64,000 nt of DNA from a virus. Position 1 is the first letter of the stretch. Every line of letters begins with the position of its first letter. The translations under genes and the position numbers were made by a program. The notes beneath the pieces are model-generated. The model did not search any database. It was given only the letters and a program-made list of their open reading frames with translations, and was not told where the DNA came from. The stretch lies in the IMG/VR virus record IMGVR_UViG_3300039208_000195, positions 351-64,350 of that record, one strand, 5' to 3'. Positions 9,097 through 18,466 of this stretch are shown one piece after another.

Positions 9097-9811
9097 TCGG
9101 TACGTAGACCACACTCTACTAAAGCCAGACGCAACACAGGACCAGTTCGAGACTCTGCTTGACGAGGCAATTGAGCATGGGTTTGAGGCAGTATGTGTCT
9201 CTCCCTACATGGCTGTCCCGATCAAGAATGTTCTCAATGCCACCGGGTATCCTCACATTAAGGTATGCACGGTCGTAGGTTTTCCTCTTGGTAACATTCC
9301 TTTGGAACTGAAGGAACAAGAGACTCGTTACTTTGTTTCTCGCGGAATCGACGAGATTGATTTTGTACTTAATTATGGGGAACTCAAGAACCGACAGTAT
9401 GATTATGCCATCAAGGAGTTGCAGACTCTTGGTGATATCTGCCAGAAGGGCGGAGCAGTTTCTAAGTGTATTGTAGAAACCTGCTTCTTGACCAAGGAAG
9501 AAAAGGACATTATCTTCCACTACATCAAGGATTACGCCCCGAGTGTAGACTTCATTAAAACCTCTACAGGATTTGGCACCGCAGGTGCTCAGCTAGAGGA
9601 CGTGGCCCGCTGGGCCGAACTACGAGGGGATGCTCCGCGCCCCCTGATCAAGGCCGCAGGTGGAATCAAGACTCTTGAGGGTGCCGCTGCTATGATTGCA
9701 GCCGGAGCAGATAGACTAGGAATGAGCGCAGGTGTTCAGGTAATGGAGGAGCTTAATGAGCTTCAAAACACTGACACCGGCAGAGAAGAAGAGGCTGGAA
9801 CGGTCTCTTAG
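9071..9811 (+). CDS. deoC: deoxyribose-phosphate aldolase
   Basis: YVDHTLLKPDAT, AVCVSP, CTVVGFPLG, EID, FIKTSTGF (Schiff-base Lys), IKAAGGIKT. Confidence 0.95.
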   Translation: MTLEQRPINRYVDHTLLKPDATQDQFETLLDEAIEHGFEAVCVSPYMAVPIKNVLNATGYPHIKVCTVVGFPLGNIPLELKEQETRYFVSRGIDEIDFVLNYGELKNRQYDYAIKELQTLGDICQKGGAVSKCIVETCFLTKEEKDIIFHYIKDYAPSVDFIKTSTGFGTAGAQLEDVARWAELRGDAPRPLIKAAGGIKTLEGAAAMIAAGADRLGMSAGVQVMEELNELQNTDTGREEEAGTVS

Positions 9812-10019
9812 TATCGTATCCAAGCTAGCAGGGCGGGACAATCTCTCTGAGACTAACGTCTTTATCCTGCGACAGCGGATGCGACACGTTCTTCGACTCC
9901 TGGGTGCCAATCACCCCAACCGGGTTATGGTAGCACAGGGAATTCATATTATGAAGGACGTTTGGCCGTTCAAAGAGCGAAGACTAAGGAAACTTATTGA
10001 TGGACGACGAAGGCAGTAA
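9756..10019 (+). CDS. hypothetical basic protein
   Basis: GGAGGAG RBS inside the deoC 3' end. Confidence 0.55.
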   Translation: MSFKTLTPAEKKRLERSLSIVSKLAGRDNLSETNVFILRQRMRHVLRLLGANHPNRVMVAQGIHIMKDVWPFKERRLRKLIDGRRRQ

Positions 10020-10135
10020 ACCTCAACGTACGAACTTCACAGAAGGCTATAAGTCTACTTCTCTATCGGTGTACCTACATCGAAATACGCTAACTCATAA
10101 CCTGGCTACAAGTATGCCTTTAGGAGGATATTAGA

Positions 10136-10369
10136 ATGGTAGAGGAACGATCCTACGCAGATATGCATTCGCGCTGTTGCGATGTACCTCTCGTGGACTG
10201 TGCCGAGGATTATAGGTACAGGGCGCATAACCCCGATACTCGGTGGTTCCAGTGCCCTGAGTGCGGTGCCCATTGGGGACGTCATAGGATGAAGGGGACC
10301 TGGAAGGTTGATCCTTATGATTACACGAACAACCCGAAGGTTCGAGCAGCATTGGGTCTGGAAGACTAA
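10136..10369 (+). CDS. small zinc-ribbon protein
   Basis: SRCC...CPEC; AGGAGG RBS. Confidence 0.65.
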   Translation: MVEERSYADMHSRCCDVPLVDCAEDYRYRAHNPDTRWFQCPECGAHWGRHRMKGTWKVDPYDYTNNPKVRAALGLED

Positions 10370-10395
10370 GACCCGAAAAAGGGAAAGGAACAGGA

Positions 10396-11361
10396 ATGAG
10401 CGAAGTATTAGCGCTTAAGTATAGACCTCAGGCTTTTGATGAGGTCATTGGACAGGACGAGACAGTTAATCAGCTGTCAAGTGCATTAGACAATCAGTCC
10501 CTTGGACATGCACTTATCTTTGCGGGCACCCGCGGTTGTGGTAAGACCACTTCCGCTCGTATCGTAGCAAGGGTTCTCAACCCAGATTTATCCGACGCTG
10601 AAATGTCAATGGTGGTCACTGAGGTGGACGCCGCTTCCAACACCGGTGTGGATAGCGTCAGGGAGCTTATTGAGAACATTAGGTACTCGACCAAGGGCCA
10701 CAAGGTTATTATCCTGGACGAGGCTCACATGCTTTCTAAGAACGCGTTCAACGCGCTCTTGAAGACTCTAGAGGAGCCGCCGCCCAATACAACCTTTATC
10801 CTATCCACTACTGAGCCTCATAAGCTGATCCCGACCGTTAGGTCGCGCTGCCAGCTCTATGAGTTCAAGGATGTGGACGTAGACGTTCTCGCGGCGTACT
10901 ACAAGGAAGTAGCGGTCAAGGAAAGTCTCGACATTGACGGTGAAGCACTACATGACGTGGCGATTCGCGCAGAGGGCAGTGTCCGGGACGGACTTACTAT
11001 TCTCCAGAAGTATCTTTCTGGGGAGTCGGTAGAGAGCAACGCTTCGATCTATTTTGATCTAGTCAGCGCTCTGTACCAGGCAGACGTCGCTACAGCACTG
11101 GCTCTCGTAGCCGATCTTCGACAGAAGGAAGATGGTCGAGTTATCATCCAAACTCTGGAGAAGTGGTTCTACTGGTGCTCGCTTGAGAACTTTGGAATGA
11201 AGACTCCTGCACGTCAGCATTTCCCCGGAGACGCTCCGGTGTTTGACCTGACGCACTTGCAGAATCTTTTCAACACTTGTCTAGAGGTAGAGCGAAACTT
11301 CGCTGCTACTCCGAACAGCAAGTCCGTTCTTGAGATGGGAATCATTAGACTATGCCTGTAA
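10396..11361 (+). CDS. dnaX: DNA polymerase III clamp-loader gamma/tau-like subunit
   Basis: LALKYRPQ-F-EVIGQ, Walker A GTRGCGKTT, EVDAASNTGVD, ILDEAHMLS, NALLKTLEEPP, SRC; the zinc module is absent. Confidence 0.92.
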   Translation: MSEVLALKYRPQAFDEVIGQDETVNQLSSALDNQSLGHALIFAGTRGCGKTTSARIVARVLNPDLSDAEMSMVVTEVDAASNTGVDSVRELIENIRYSTKGHKVIILDEAHMLSKNAFNALLKTLEEPPPNTTFILSTTEPHKLIPTVRSRCQLYEFKDVDVDVLAAYYKEVAVKESLDIDGEALHDVAIRAEGSVRDGLTILQKYLSGESVESNASIYFDLVSALYQADVATALALVADLRQKEDGRVIIQTLEKWFYWCSLENFGMKTPARQHFPGDAPVFDLTHLQNLFNTCLEVERNFAATPNSKSVLEMGIIRLCL

Positions 11362-12086
11362 AAGGATTCTACTTCGTCTACGGTGACGACGCAGATATGA
11401 TTGAGAAGAAGTACCTCCCCGATCTGGAAAAGCAGTACGGGGACGCTACGTGGCTTCGCTATGATGCCACTATCGATGATATCCGAATCGGACACCTGAC
11501 TACTGAGTATAACGCCAACGATCTGTTCGCAGAGTCCAAGGTGATCCTTATCAGGAATGCGGACGCTAAGTTTGCCCAGGTTGAGGAATTGGCAACTTCT
11601 CTTTTAGAGAATCCGATTCCTGCCAATGCTCTGGTACTTATCTCTAAGTCCTGGAACAAAACAACCAAGCTGGGCAAGCTTGTTAAGAAGAGCTTCACAG
11701 TCAAGGAGTTGAGCAAGCCAGAAATCAAGCCATTTGAACTCCTGGACTCTCTGAACTTTAAGAAGGCATCTAGGGTTATCCAGCAGAGCAATCTGCTGTT
11801 TGAGAACGAATATAACCCACTGGCTTTGTTTTCCCTTATCTCTGGACACATCCTATTGCTGAAGAAGATTAAGCAGCACCAGGGTAAGTCTGCGGAGGTA
11901 ATTGCGAGGGAAATCAAGCAGCACGTGTACCGTGTTAAAAAGACTATGCCTGCTTTACGCGAATGGTCAGAGGAAGATATTGCCAATGCTCTTAAGGAAA
12001 TGCAGGAGTTAGACCGGAGGATCCGGACTTGGCAGTATGATGAGAAAATGTTAATTCAAATGAGCTTGATAAAACTGTGTACATGA
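11352..12086 (+). CDS. holA: DNA polymerase III delta-like subunit
   Basis: YFVYGDD N terminus, DLFAESKVILIRNAD, C-terminal helical collar; adjacent to dnaX. Confidence 0.75.
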   Translation: MPVKGFYFVYGDDADMIEKKYLPDLEKQYGDATWLRYDATIDDIRIGHLTTEYNANDLFAESKVILIRNADAKFAQVEELATSLLENPIPANALVLISKSWNKTTKLGKLVKKSFTVKELSKPEIKPFELLDSLNFKKASRVIQQSNLLFENEYNPLALFSLISGHILLLKKIKQHQGKSAEVIAREIKQHVYRVKKTMPALREWSEEDIANALKEMQELDRRIRTWQYDEKMLIQMSLIKLCT

Positions 12087-12094
12087 GGTATAAT
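12066..12094 (+). promoter_or_regulatory. sigma70-type promoter, possibly giving a leaderless mRNA
   Basis: TTGATA-17 nt-TATAAT ending 4 nt before ATG 12099. Confidence 0.55.
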
Positions 12095-12098
12095 TGCA

Positions 12099-12410
12099 AT
12101 GAACGATATTACTAAGGCACGTTTCTTTTTCCAATCGAAGGGATCTAATCTGAAGGACCTGACTTCTTTTCGACTAATGCTGGCTACAGCCAATGCTAAG
12201 TACCGGGACGTCAGACTCCGAATGAAGAGCGGGATGCCAGGAGACAATGAAGCGCTGGACCCAATCGAGATTGATGCCCTGGTTGATCTAGGAGTTCTAA
12301 AGTACATGGAGAAGTTTAACCGACTTCCTGAAGACGCAGGTCGAGTACTGGAGCAGGGGATCTCCCTAGAGGAAAAGCGCGAGATCGCTATGCGGTGGGC
12401 TCGCTCTTAA
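12099..12410 (+). CDS. hypothetical protein
   Basis: ORF downstream of promoter. Confidence 0.7.
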   Translation: MNDITKARFFFQSKGSNLKDLTSFRLMLATANAKYRDVRLRMKSGMPGDNEALDPIEIDALVDLGVLKYMEKFNRLPEDAGRVLEQGISLEEKREIAMRWARS

Positions 12411-12689
12411 ATGGAACTGTCTCTCCTCAAAGAGCTAGCTAAGCGTAGCATCGAGTGGAGAGATGAAGACAAGGTCTCTTTCTTGTGGGGAGACCTGATA
12501 GTTTTGGCTTACGTTAGGAGTGACTACAAAGTGTGGTACCCCCTGACCGATGTACCCATAGAACACACGTTGGAAATCAACAAGTGGTTGGGTAGTTACC
12601 TACAAACCTTAGAGGTTGAACAAGAAGATGAGCGAGCATTACAATCGCAATTGGCTGACAAAAAGAGAAATCGAACGCCGGCCAGGTGA
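12411..12689 (+). CDS. hypothetical protein
   Basis: Starts directly after the previous stop. Confidence 0.6.
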   Translation: MELSLLKELAKRSIEWRDEDKVSFLWGDLIVLAYVRSDYKVWYPLTDVPIEHTLEINKWLGSYLQTLEVEQEDERALQSQLADKKRNRTPAR

Positions 12690-13062
12690 ACTTTATTTAA
12701 CGCGTTACGTTATCTTCAGATGTAAGTGGTTCGGAATGTACGTCCACAAATTCTGGGTTAGCGATTACGATGTTCCTCACGACCATCCTTGGAATTTTCT
12801 TTCACTCCCACTCACTACGGGATACCGAGAGCATCTTCCAGATGGTACCAGTGTCTGGAGAGGGGCTTTTAGTCCTAAGTTTAGAACAGCAGAAGAATTC
12901 CATTGGGTAGACTTGGAGAAGGGACCGGCTTGGACTTTCTTCATGCACTTTAGGAAGAGACGAGAATGGGGATTCCTGACTAAGGAAGGTTGGGTTGACA
13001 ACGAGACCTACAACAGAATGCTAGGATTTGACATCACTAGCGCTGCAGGAGAAGAGTGTTGA
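12616..13062 (+). CDS. cupin-fold protein (phage type)
   Basis: YLTRY...YVHKF...PHDHPW...GYRE...FHWV; likely start ATG 12628. Confidence 0.65.
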   Translation: MNKKMSEHYNRNWLTKREIERRPGELYLTRYVIFRCKWFGMYVHKFWVSDYDVPHDHPWNFLSLPLTTGYREHLPDGTSVWRGAFSPKFRTAEEFHWVDLEKGPAWTFFMHFRKRREWGFLTKEGWVDNETYNRMLGFDITSAAGEEC

Positions 13063-13667
13063 AAAGAATTGGTATTGATTGTGATGGCGTAGTCGCGGAC
13101 TACATGGCAGGGGCTGTTCCTGCTCTTAAAAAACATTATGGGTTAGAGCCCAACTTCAACACCGAGGCATATACGATTGAAGAAGTCTTTGGTCTAACCG
13201 TAGACACAAGACCCAAGAACATGAGACAAACTCTCTATCTGGAGAATAACCTCTTCGCGAAGTTACCTCCGCTAGAACAAGACATCAGTAGTCTGACCAC
13301 TCAGCTAGTACATGCTTTGGGGCCAGACTTCAAGGTCTATTTTGTTACTGCCCGGGATAATCATCCGATTATTATGGATGATACCCGTCAGTGGCTGAAG
13401 CGCAACATCATTCATTTCGACGATGTATTTCACGTACAGAACAAAGCTGAGTTTTGCCAATTGGCTGGGATTCAGGTTATGATTGAGGACGAGGTTCGTC
13501 AAATCGTTGGGCTTCAAGAAGCAGGAGTTGATGTAATTATGCGGGACCAACCGTGGAATCAACACTTACCTGCAGATCCTCATGGTTTAGAGGACAACAA
13601 AGGGCGACTCACTCGTGTCCATAGCTGGCGCGATTATGTGGAGGTCGCCAAGGAGTATTACGCATGA
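13056..13667 (+). CDS. HAD-family 5'(3')-deoxyribonucleotidase-like
   Basis: IGIDCDGVVAD (DxD), YFVTAR, K, MIEDE. Confidence 0.8.
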   Translation: MLKRIGIDCDGVVADYMAGAVPALKKHYGLEPNFNTEAYTIEEVFGLTVDTRPKNMRQTLYLENNLFAKLPPLEQDISSLTTQLVHALGPDFKVYFVTARDNHPIIMDDTRQWLKRNIIHFDDVFHVQNKAEFCQLAGIQVMIEDEVRQIVGLQEAGVDVIMRDQPWNQHLPADPHGLEDNKGRLTRVHSWRDYVEVAKEYYA

Positions 13668-14200
13668 AGTTTTATCTGTCTGGGGGGATGGAGTATAAGA
13701 AGAATCTCGGTGCCAATTGGCGCGAGTGGATCACAGAGGAACTTGAGAAGCATCGACACGACGCAATCAACCCTGTGAAGTTGGAAATCGCAGAAGAAGA
13801 GACTGACGAAAACGCTCCACCCATTCAAGTTCAACTTACCAATCTTAAGCTTGAAGGTAAGATGGACGAAGTCCGACGTCTGGTCCGGAAGGTACTGTTC
13901 CGCAAGGACATGTATGCTATCCAGGAATCAGATGCAATTATCGTACTATACGATGAGTCCACGCGAAGAGGCGCGGGCACTCTTTCCGAGGCGTGGGAAG
14001 CCTTCCGTGAAGGTCGACCTGTTTATCTGGTCACCGAATTCGACATGGAAGAGGTACCAACGTGGTTGATCGGAGAAACTACTAAGATCTTCGACGACTT
14101 TGAAGACCTACTGGAATATGTAGCGGACCACAGTCATGTTATCCGCGACAAGATGAATGCAGGTCAGATCGCACACGACGTGCTCGGAGGACTCTACTAG
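13664..14200 (+). CDS. nucleoside 2-deoxyribosyltransferase / dNMP N-glycosidase-like
   Basis: FYLSGGM, D-x-x-AI-x-x-SDAII, GTLSEAWEA (catalytic Glu position). Confidence 0.75.
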   Translation: MKFYLSGGMEYKKNLGANWREWITEELEKHRHDAINPVKLEIAEEETDENAPPIQVQLTNLKLEGKMDEVRRLVRKVLFRKDMYAIQESDAIIVLYDESTRRGAGTLSEAWEAFREGRPVYLVTEFDMEEVPTWLIGETTKIFDDFEDLLEYVADHSHVIRDKMNAGQIAHDVLGGLY

Positions 14201-14210
14201 GAGGTAGCCT

Positions 14211-14663
14211 TTGGAGGACTTTGCCCTCTTAGGCAATGCCGCTGCAGTCCCGATCATCATGGGCGCAACTCAGCTCTTGAAGAAGAATCTCTCCTTCAAG
14301 TACAAGGCTGATGTTGTGTCTTTTGTCGTTGCATTAATCATTTGCCCCCTTTGGTGGTTCTACAACACACCGGAGGCGGAAATCCATGATGCTCTCGATG
14401 ACGGAATTGTACCTACAATTAAGTTTATCATGCAGTTGGTGTTGATCTCAATAGCGACATGGCTATCTGCTACCAAATCCTACGATCTTTTTGCCGGTAA
14501 CAAAAAGCGCGAGACGCAACATGATGCCGAGAAAGAAGAACTCCATGAGAAGATTGCCGCTTTGCAGTCCACTCTGGATAACGGAGGGAAGTTAGATGAA
14601 GAGCCTACTGAGGAGACTGACGTCAGCGATAAGCTCCTTGATATCTTGGAAGGGAGAGACTGA
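14211..14663 (+). CDS. multi-pass membrane protein (holin-like) with acidic tail
   Basis: TTG start after a GGAGG RBS; three hydrophobic segments. Confidence 0.6.
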   Translation: MEDFALLGNAAAVPIIMGATQLLKKNLSFKYKADVVSFVVALIICPLWWFYNTPEAEIHDALDDGIVPTIKFIMQLVLISIATWLSATKSYDLFAGNKKRETQHDAEKEELHEKIAALQSTLDNGGKLDEEPTEETDVSDKLLDILEGRD

Positions 14664-14664
14664 T

Positions 14665-15132
14665 ATGCCAGGTGTTGCCGACGCAGAGCGTCGTACCAGA
14701 AATGCACAGAAGCAGCAGGGCCGTAAGAAGGACCGAGAAGAGTTGATGCGTCTCCTCAAGGAGGGAAGACTCCACGAGGCAGACGAGCATCAGGTAGAGC
14801 AGATTAAACTGGCTCTAGAGCTTAAGGAGCTTCTGGATGCAGGGACTAAGGAAGCAGCTCCTGCAGCAATCGATACTGAGGCTCTCCAGGCTGCGATGAG
14901 AGGAGCTGTTGCTGAGGTTATCCAGGCGATGCCCCGGGGCTCGGGCCCGACCGGTTCTAGCATCTCTGATCCCGCTCGTCCTAAGATGAAGCACACCAGC
15001 CTCACCTCCATTAAGCACGAGGACTCTGGACTAGATGTTCAGGGGGCCGACAAGCTTGCGGAGGAGAAGGAGGGTGACGAGAACGCAGCGGATAAGCTGA
15101 AGCGACTGAGAGAGCTTAAAGGCTCCAAGTAA
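14665..15132 (+). CDS. charged helical protein upstream of the actin-like gene
   Basis: ATG 14665 after the previous stop; ends ADKLKRLRELKGSK; coupled to the next gene. Confidence 0.7.
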   Translation: MPGVADAERRTRNAQKQQGRKKDREELMRLLKEGRLHEADEHQVEQIKLALELKELLDAGTKEAAPAAIDTEALQAAMRGAVAEVIQAMPRGSGPTGSSISDPARPKMKHTSLTSIKHEDSGLDVQGADKLAEEKEGDENAADKLKRLRELKGSK

Positions 15133-16472
15133 TGTCCGATAAGAAGATTAAGGAATTAGAAAAGAAGGGAGTTGTCAAAACCGGAGATGATGGTATCCGG
15201 GTAGTTGACGCTTCCAAGTTAGACGCTATGAGTCTTCGTCCTCAGGAAGAGAAGGAAGACAAGCGTAAAGCTGTAGGTAAAAAGCAGCGCAAGAAAAAGA
15301 AGAATAGAAATAGGAATCGACCTAAGCCCCCTCCTCCCGAGCCGGAGGTAGAGGAAGCTGTCGAGGAAGTTCCGGAGGTTAAGAAGCCAGTCTTCCAACC
15401 CCCGGCAGATATTCAGAAGAGAGAAATTCTCAAAGAGAAGGAGTTTACTATGGCTGACGAAGATGTCCCGAAGGGAGTAGGACTCGACGTTGGAACCTCG
15501 TTCCTAGTTGCTGGTCGTTTTGGCAATGACGGAAAGATTGGTTTCAAGAAGATGCGGGACTGCTTTATTGAATTGGAGCCAAAGACCCCAATCAATGCAA
15601 AGTTTATCAAGAAGGGTATCGAAGATCGCGGTGCCCCGTACATTGAGAAGGACGGTAGCTTCTACGTCCTAGGAGAGGAAGCCTTCATCATGGCGAACGA
15701 GCGGCACATCACCACTCGACGACCGATGCACCGTGGTGTTCTTGCACCGCAGGAGAGCGAGGCATTCCCCATCCTTCAGGAGCTAGTGAAGAGACTGGTC
15801 GGAGACCCCCGAGAGCAGGGTGAGAAGTTGGTCTTCTCTGTACCAGCTAAGCCGATCGACGCAGAGTTTGATCAGCTTTTCCACCAGGACATGATTAAAT
15901 CCTTTATTGACGGTCTGGGTTATGATGCCCAGCCAATGAACGAAGCCGAGGCCCTTGCGTACTCTGAGCTTCTAGAAGAGGGTCTTACCGGCGTCGCAGT
16001 GTCCTGCGGTGCGGGTATGATGAACGTAGCAGTACTTTCTGCTGGTGACCCCGTGGTTACCTTCAGTACCTCCCGCTCGGGAGACTGGGTTGATTCCCAG
16101 GCAGCTACTGCTACCAACATGACCCCCAGCATTGTGCAGCAGGAGAAGGAGGATCCGGATCTAGATCTGATGAATCCCGACCCCAGCAATCCTGTACAGG
16201 CTGCTATTTCCATCTACTACGGTAACCTTCTGGTTTACACCCTGGAGAACATTGCACACGACCTTGCAGCTTCTCCTGCCCTTCCTAAGTTCAAGGAGGG
16301 TGTTCCTTTGGTAGTAGCAGGGGGTACTTCTCTACCGCGCGGATTCATTCAGAAGTTCGAGCAGGCCCTACAGGCAGTAGAGATGCCTATTCAGATTTCG
16401 GAGGTACGACACGCAGCTGATCCACTTCATGCTGTAAGTAACGGTCTAACTCTCGCAGCATCCATGGAGTAA
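15132..16472 (+). CDS. actin-superfamily ATPase (volactin/MamK-like), with Lys/Pro-rich N-terminal extension
   Basis: Phosphate-1 GLDVGTS, connect-1 MNEAEALAYSEL, phosphate-2 SCGAGMMNV, adenosine VVAGGTSLP, connect-2 HAVSNG. Confidence 0.85.
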   Translation: MSDKKIKELEKKGVVKTGDDGIRVVDASKLDAMSLRPQEEKEDKRKAVGKKQRKKKKNRNRNRPKPPPPEPEVEEAVEEVPEVKKPVFQPPADIQKREILKEKEFTMADEDVPKGVGLDVGTSFLVAGRFGNDGKIGFKKMRDCFIELEPKTPINAKFIKKGIEDRGAPYIEKDGSFYVLGEEAFIMANERHITTRRPMHRGVLAPQESEAFPILQELVKRLVGDPREQGEKLVFSVPAKPIDAEFDQLFHQDMIKSFIDGLGYDAQPMNEAEALAYSELLEEGLTGVAVSCGAGMMNVAVLSAGDPVVTFSTSRSGDWVDSQAATATNMTPSIVQQEKEDPDLDLMNPDPSNPVQAAISIYYGNLLVYTLENIAHDLAASPALPKFKEGVPLVVAGGTSLPRGFIQKFEQALQAVEMPIQISEVRHAADPLHAVSNGLTLAASME

Positions 16473-16475
16473 AGC

Positions 16476-17636
16476 TTGGCAGACAATACCCCGATCCTTG
16501 GACTTAAAAAGCCTGTTCCGAACGTGGAGGTCAACTGGGCCTTCCGGCTAAACGAGTCCCTGGACATTCTCGACCAGAGTCTTCTGGTTGGTAATGCTTC
16601 TTCTACTGCAAACGTTACTACGTACAACAGTGGGACGGGGTTGCTGCTAATTAGTGGTAGTACAAATCCTATCTTTGAGCACGTAGAGGCCATTACCTAC
16701 AACAGTGATTTTGTCACAGTAGGAAGTGGTACCTTCTACGATGTGGACAGTACCTATGTCACGGCCACTTCTGGATCTTTTGATGAGGTAGTGGTCAATG
16801 GAGTTGAGCTTAGTTTAGCCAGTCCTGTAGACAACAGCTTTAAGCGTCTATTCCACGTGGCGGATAGAAAGCCCAACGACACTGACGGCGGTACTTTCTC
16901 TAGCGGGGCTTGGAGAGTTCGTACCCTTAATTCCGTAGAGAATGACTCTATGGAGGGGGACGCATCGTTAAGCTCCAATACCATCACCCTGATTCCAGGA
17001 ACCTACTTTATTGAGTGGCGTTGTCCTGCGTATAGGGTACTCAGACACCAGTCTATCCTATACAACCTGACCGGCGGATATACGCAAATTCAGGGAACTT
17101 CTGAATACAGCCACAACAGCTACAATACCCAGACCGTAAGTTTCGGTACGGGTGTTTTCACTGTAACGGAAACCACCGACTTCCAGATCTGGCACCGATG
17201 TGAGACTTCGTCTACGACTTTCGGTTTTGGTGTAGGTGCTAACTTCGGGATTGATGAAATCTACACCGAGGTTAAGATTTGGCCATACGCGGCCTACGTT
17301 ACTGCTTTAGATACTCTGGTAGCCACGAGCGGTACCTTCAGCCAAGGACTCACCTTATCGGGGGTCCCTGTCTCTACAGGAACCCATACCGTAATTCCTG
17401 ACCACCTGACAACCTTATCGGGTACTTTCGTAGACGAGCTTACTGTTTCGGGGGTTCCTGTCACTACAGGGATTGCAGATCCTCTCACAGTGCAATCCGG
17501 AACTTTCACACAAGGCCTGACCGTTCCTGTAACTTCCGGAACCGACAATCAGGTCTGGATCGACCCCACCACAAGCGGGCTGCGCTGGCAGTTCAACGGT
17601 GTGGTTTTCGAGGCGACGGGCGTTGAGGTAGCGTAA
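16476..17636 (+). CDS. fibre-like virion protein
   Basis: T-x-SG-T repeats and a GGTFSSGAWRVRTLN...ITLIPGTYFIEW beta domain. Confidence 0.65.
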   Translation: MADNTPILGLKKPVPNVEVNWAFRLNESLDILDQSLLVGNASSTANVTTYNSGTGLLLISGSTNPIFEHVEAITYNSDFVTVGSGTFYDVDSTYVTATSGSFDEVVVNGVELSLASPVDNSFKRLFHVADRKPNDTDGGTFSSGAWRVRTLNSVENDSMEGDASLSSNTITLIPGTYFIEWRCPAYRVLRHQSILYNLTGGYTQIQGTSEYSHNSYNTQTVSFGTGVFTVTETTDFQIWHRCETSSTTFGFGVGANFGIDEIYTEVKIWPYAAYVTALDTLVATSGTFSQGLTLSGVPVSTGTHTVIPDHLTTLSGTFVDELTVSGVPVTTGIADPLTVQSGTFTQGLTVPVTSGTDNQVWIDPTTSGLRWQFNGVVFEATGVEVA

Positions 17637-18466
17637 TGGCTACACTCAGTGTTTACAACGAGGGTAAATATAACGACGGTATCTACAACCTGTCCGCATC
17701 CGGGACAGGGTTCTTTTCCGTCACCATGAACGGGCAGACTCAGTACTTTGCGAAGTCTGATATGCCGCAAGCACTAGGTCTTTACGACGAATGGACTATC
17801 GCCTTTTGGATTAAGTTCCAGCAAACTCCAGAAGCTAGGACCATCTTCAGCACCAGTGGACCTGCAGGTGAGAATCTTATTCAACTCACGATGGATCCTA
17901 TTTCTCAGACCATCGATAATACTTTCACAGAACCTCGCTTTTCTAGCATAGCTACCTTGCTTAAAGGGCCTGACGGAAGTATAATTAAGCACGTAAAGTG
18001 GGGACCATTTGCTAGAGAAGACGAATGGACTCACGGAGCGATTACCTACAGCGGTGGTGATCTGACAGTATACGCTTCAGGGATCTCGGTCCCCTCCGGA
18101 ACAAGCTTTGTAAACGTTTCGGGAACAAGCATGACAGACGACCCTCCGCGAGCTATCTATTACGGGACTGATCCTGCTGGTAACGTAGCAACGATCAGTG
18201 GTAACATTGGACATCTCGGAACCTGGAGCACAGCTTTGAGCCAGGAAGAGGTTGCCGCAATCGCAGATTTAGGATTCCCCCTGGATCTGACAACTACTTC
18301 CGGAGGTTATGCCTCCAACGCTTCTCTGAGAATGTACTATCGTCCTGGAGAAGATGAGACGGATTTCGGTAGAGATTATAGCGGAAACAACCAAGACCTA
18401 GACAAGATCCGAGATACGGATCTAGACGACCTTGATTTTGACGTACCAGACCAAGGGGGCCTGTAA
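17636..18466 (+). CDS. LamG-domain virion protein
   Basis: WTIAFWIK, EWTHGAITY, GNIGHLGTWSTAL; paralogue of 2790. Confidence 0.8.
   Translation: MATLSVYNEGKYNDGIYNLSASGTGFFSVTMNGQTQYFAKSDMPQALGLYDEWTIAFWIKFQQTPEARTIFSTSGPAGENLIQLTMDPISQTIDNTFTEPRFSSIATLLKGPDGSIIKHVKWGPFAREDEWTHGAITYSGGDLTVYASGISVPSGTSFVNVSGTSMTDDPPRAIYYGTDPAGNVATISGNIGHLGTWSTALSQEEVAAIADLGFPLDLTTTSGGYASNASLRMYYRPGEDETDFGRDYSGNNQDLDKIRDTDLDDLDFDVPDQGGL

Noticed and set aside
10396-11361. E. coli-type dnaX tau/gamma frameshift
   Set aside because: The gene is already gamma-length or shorter, and no slippery site with an extended alternative frame was seen.
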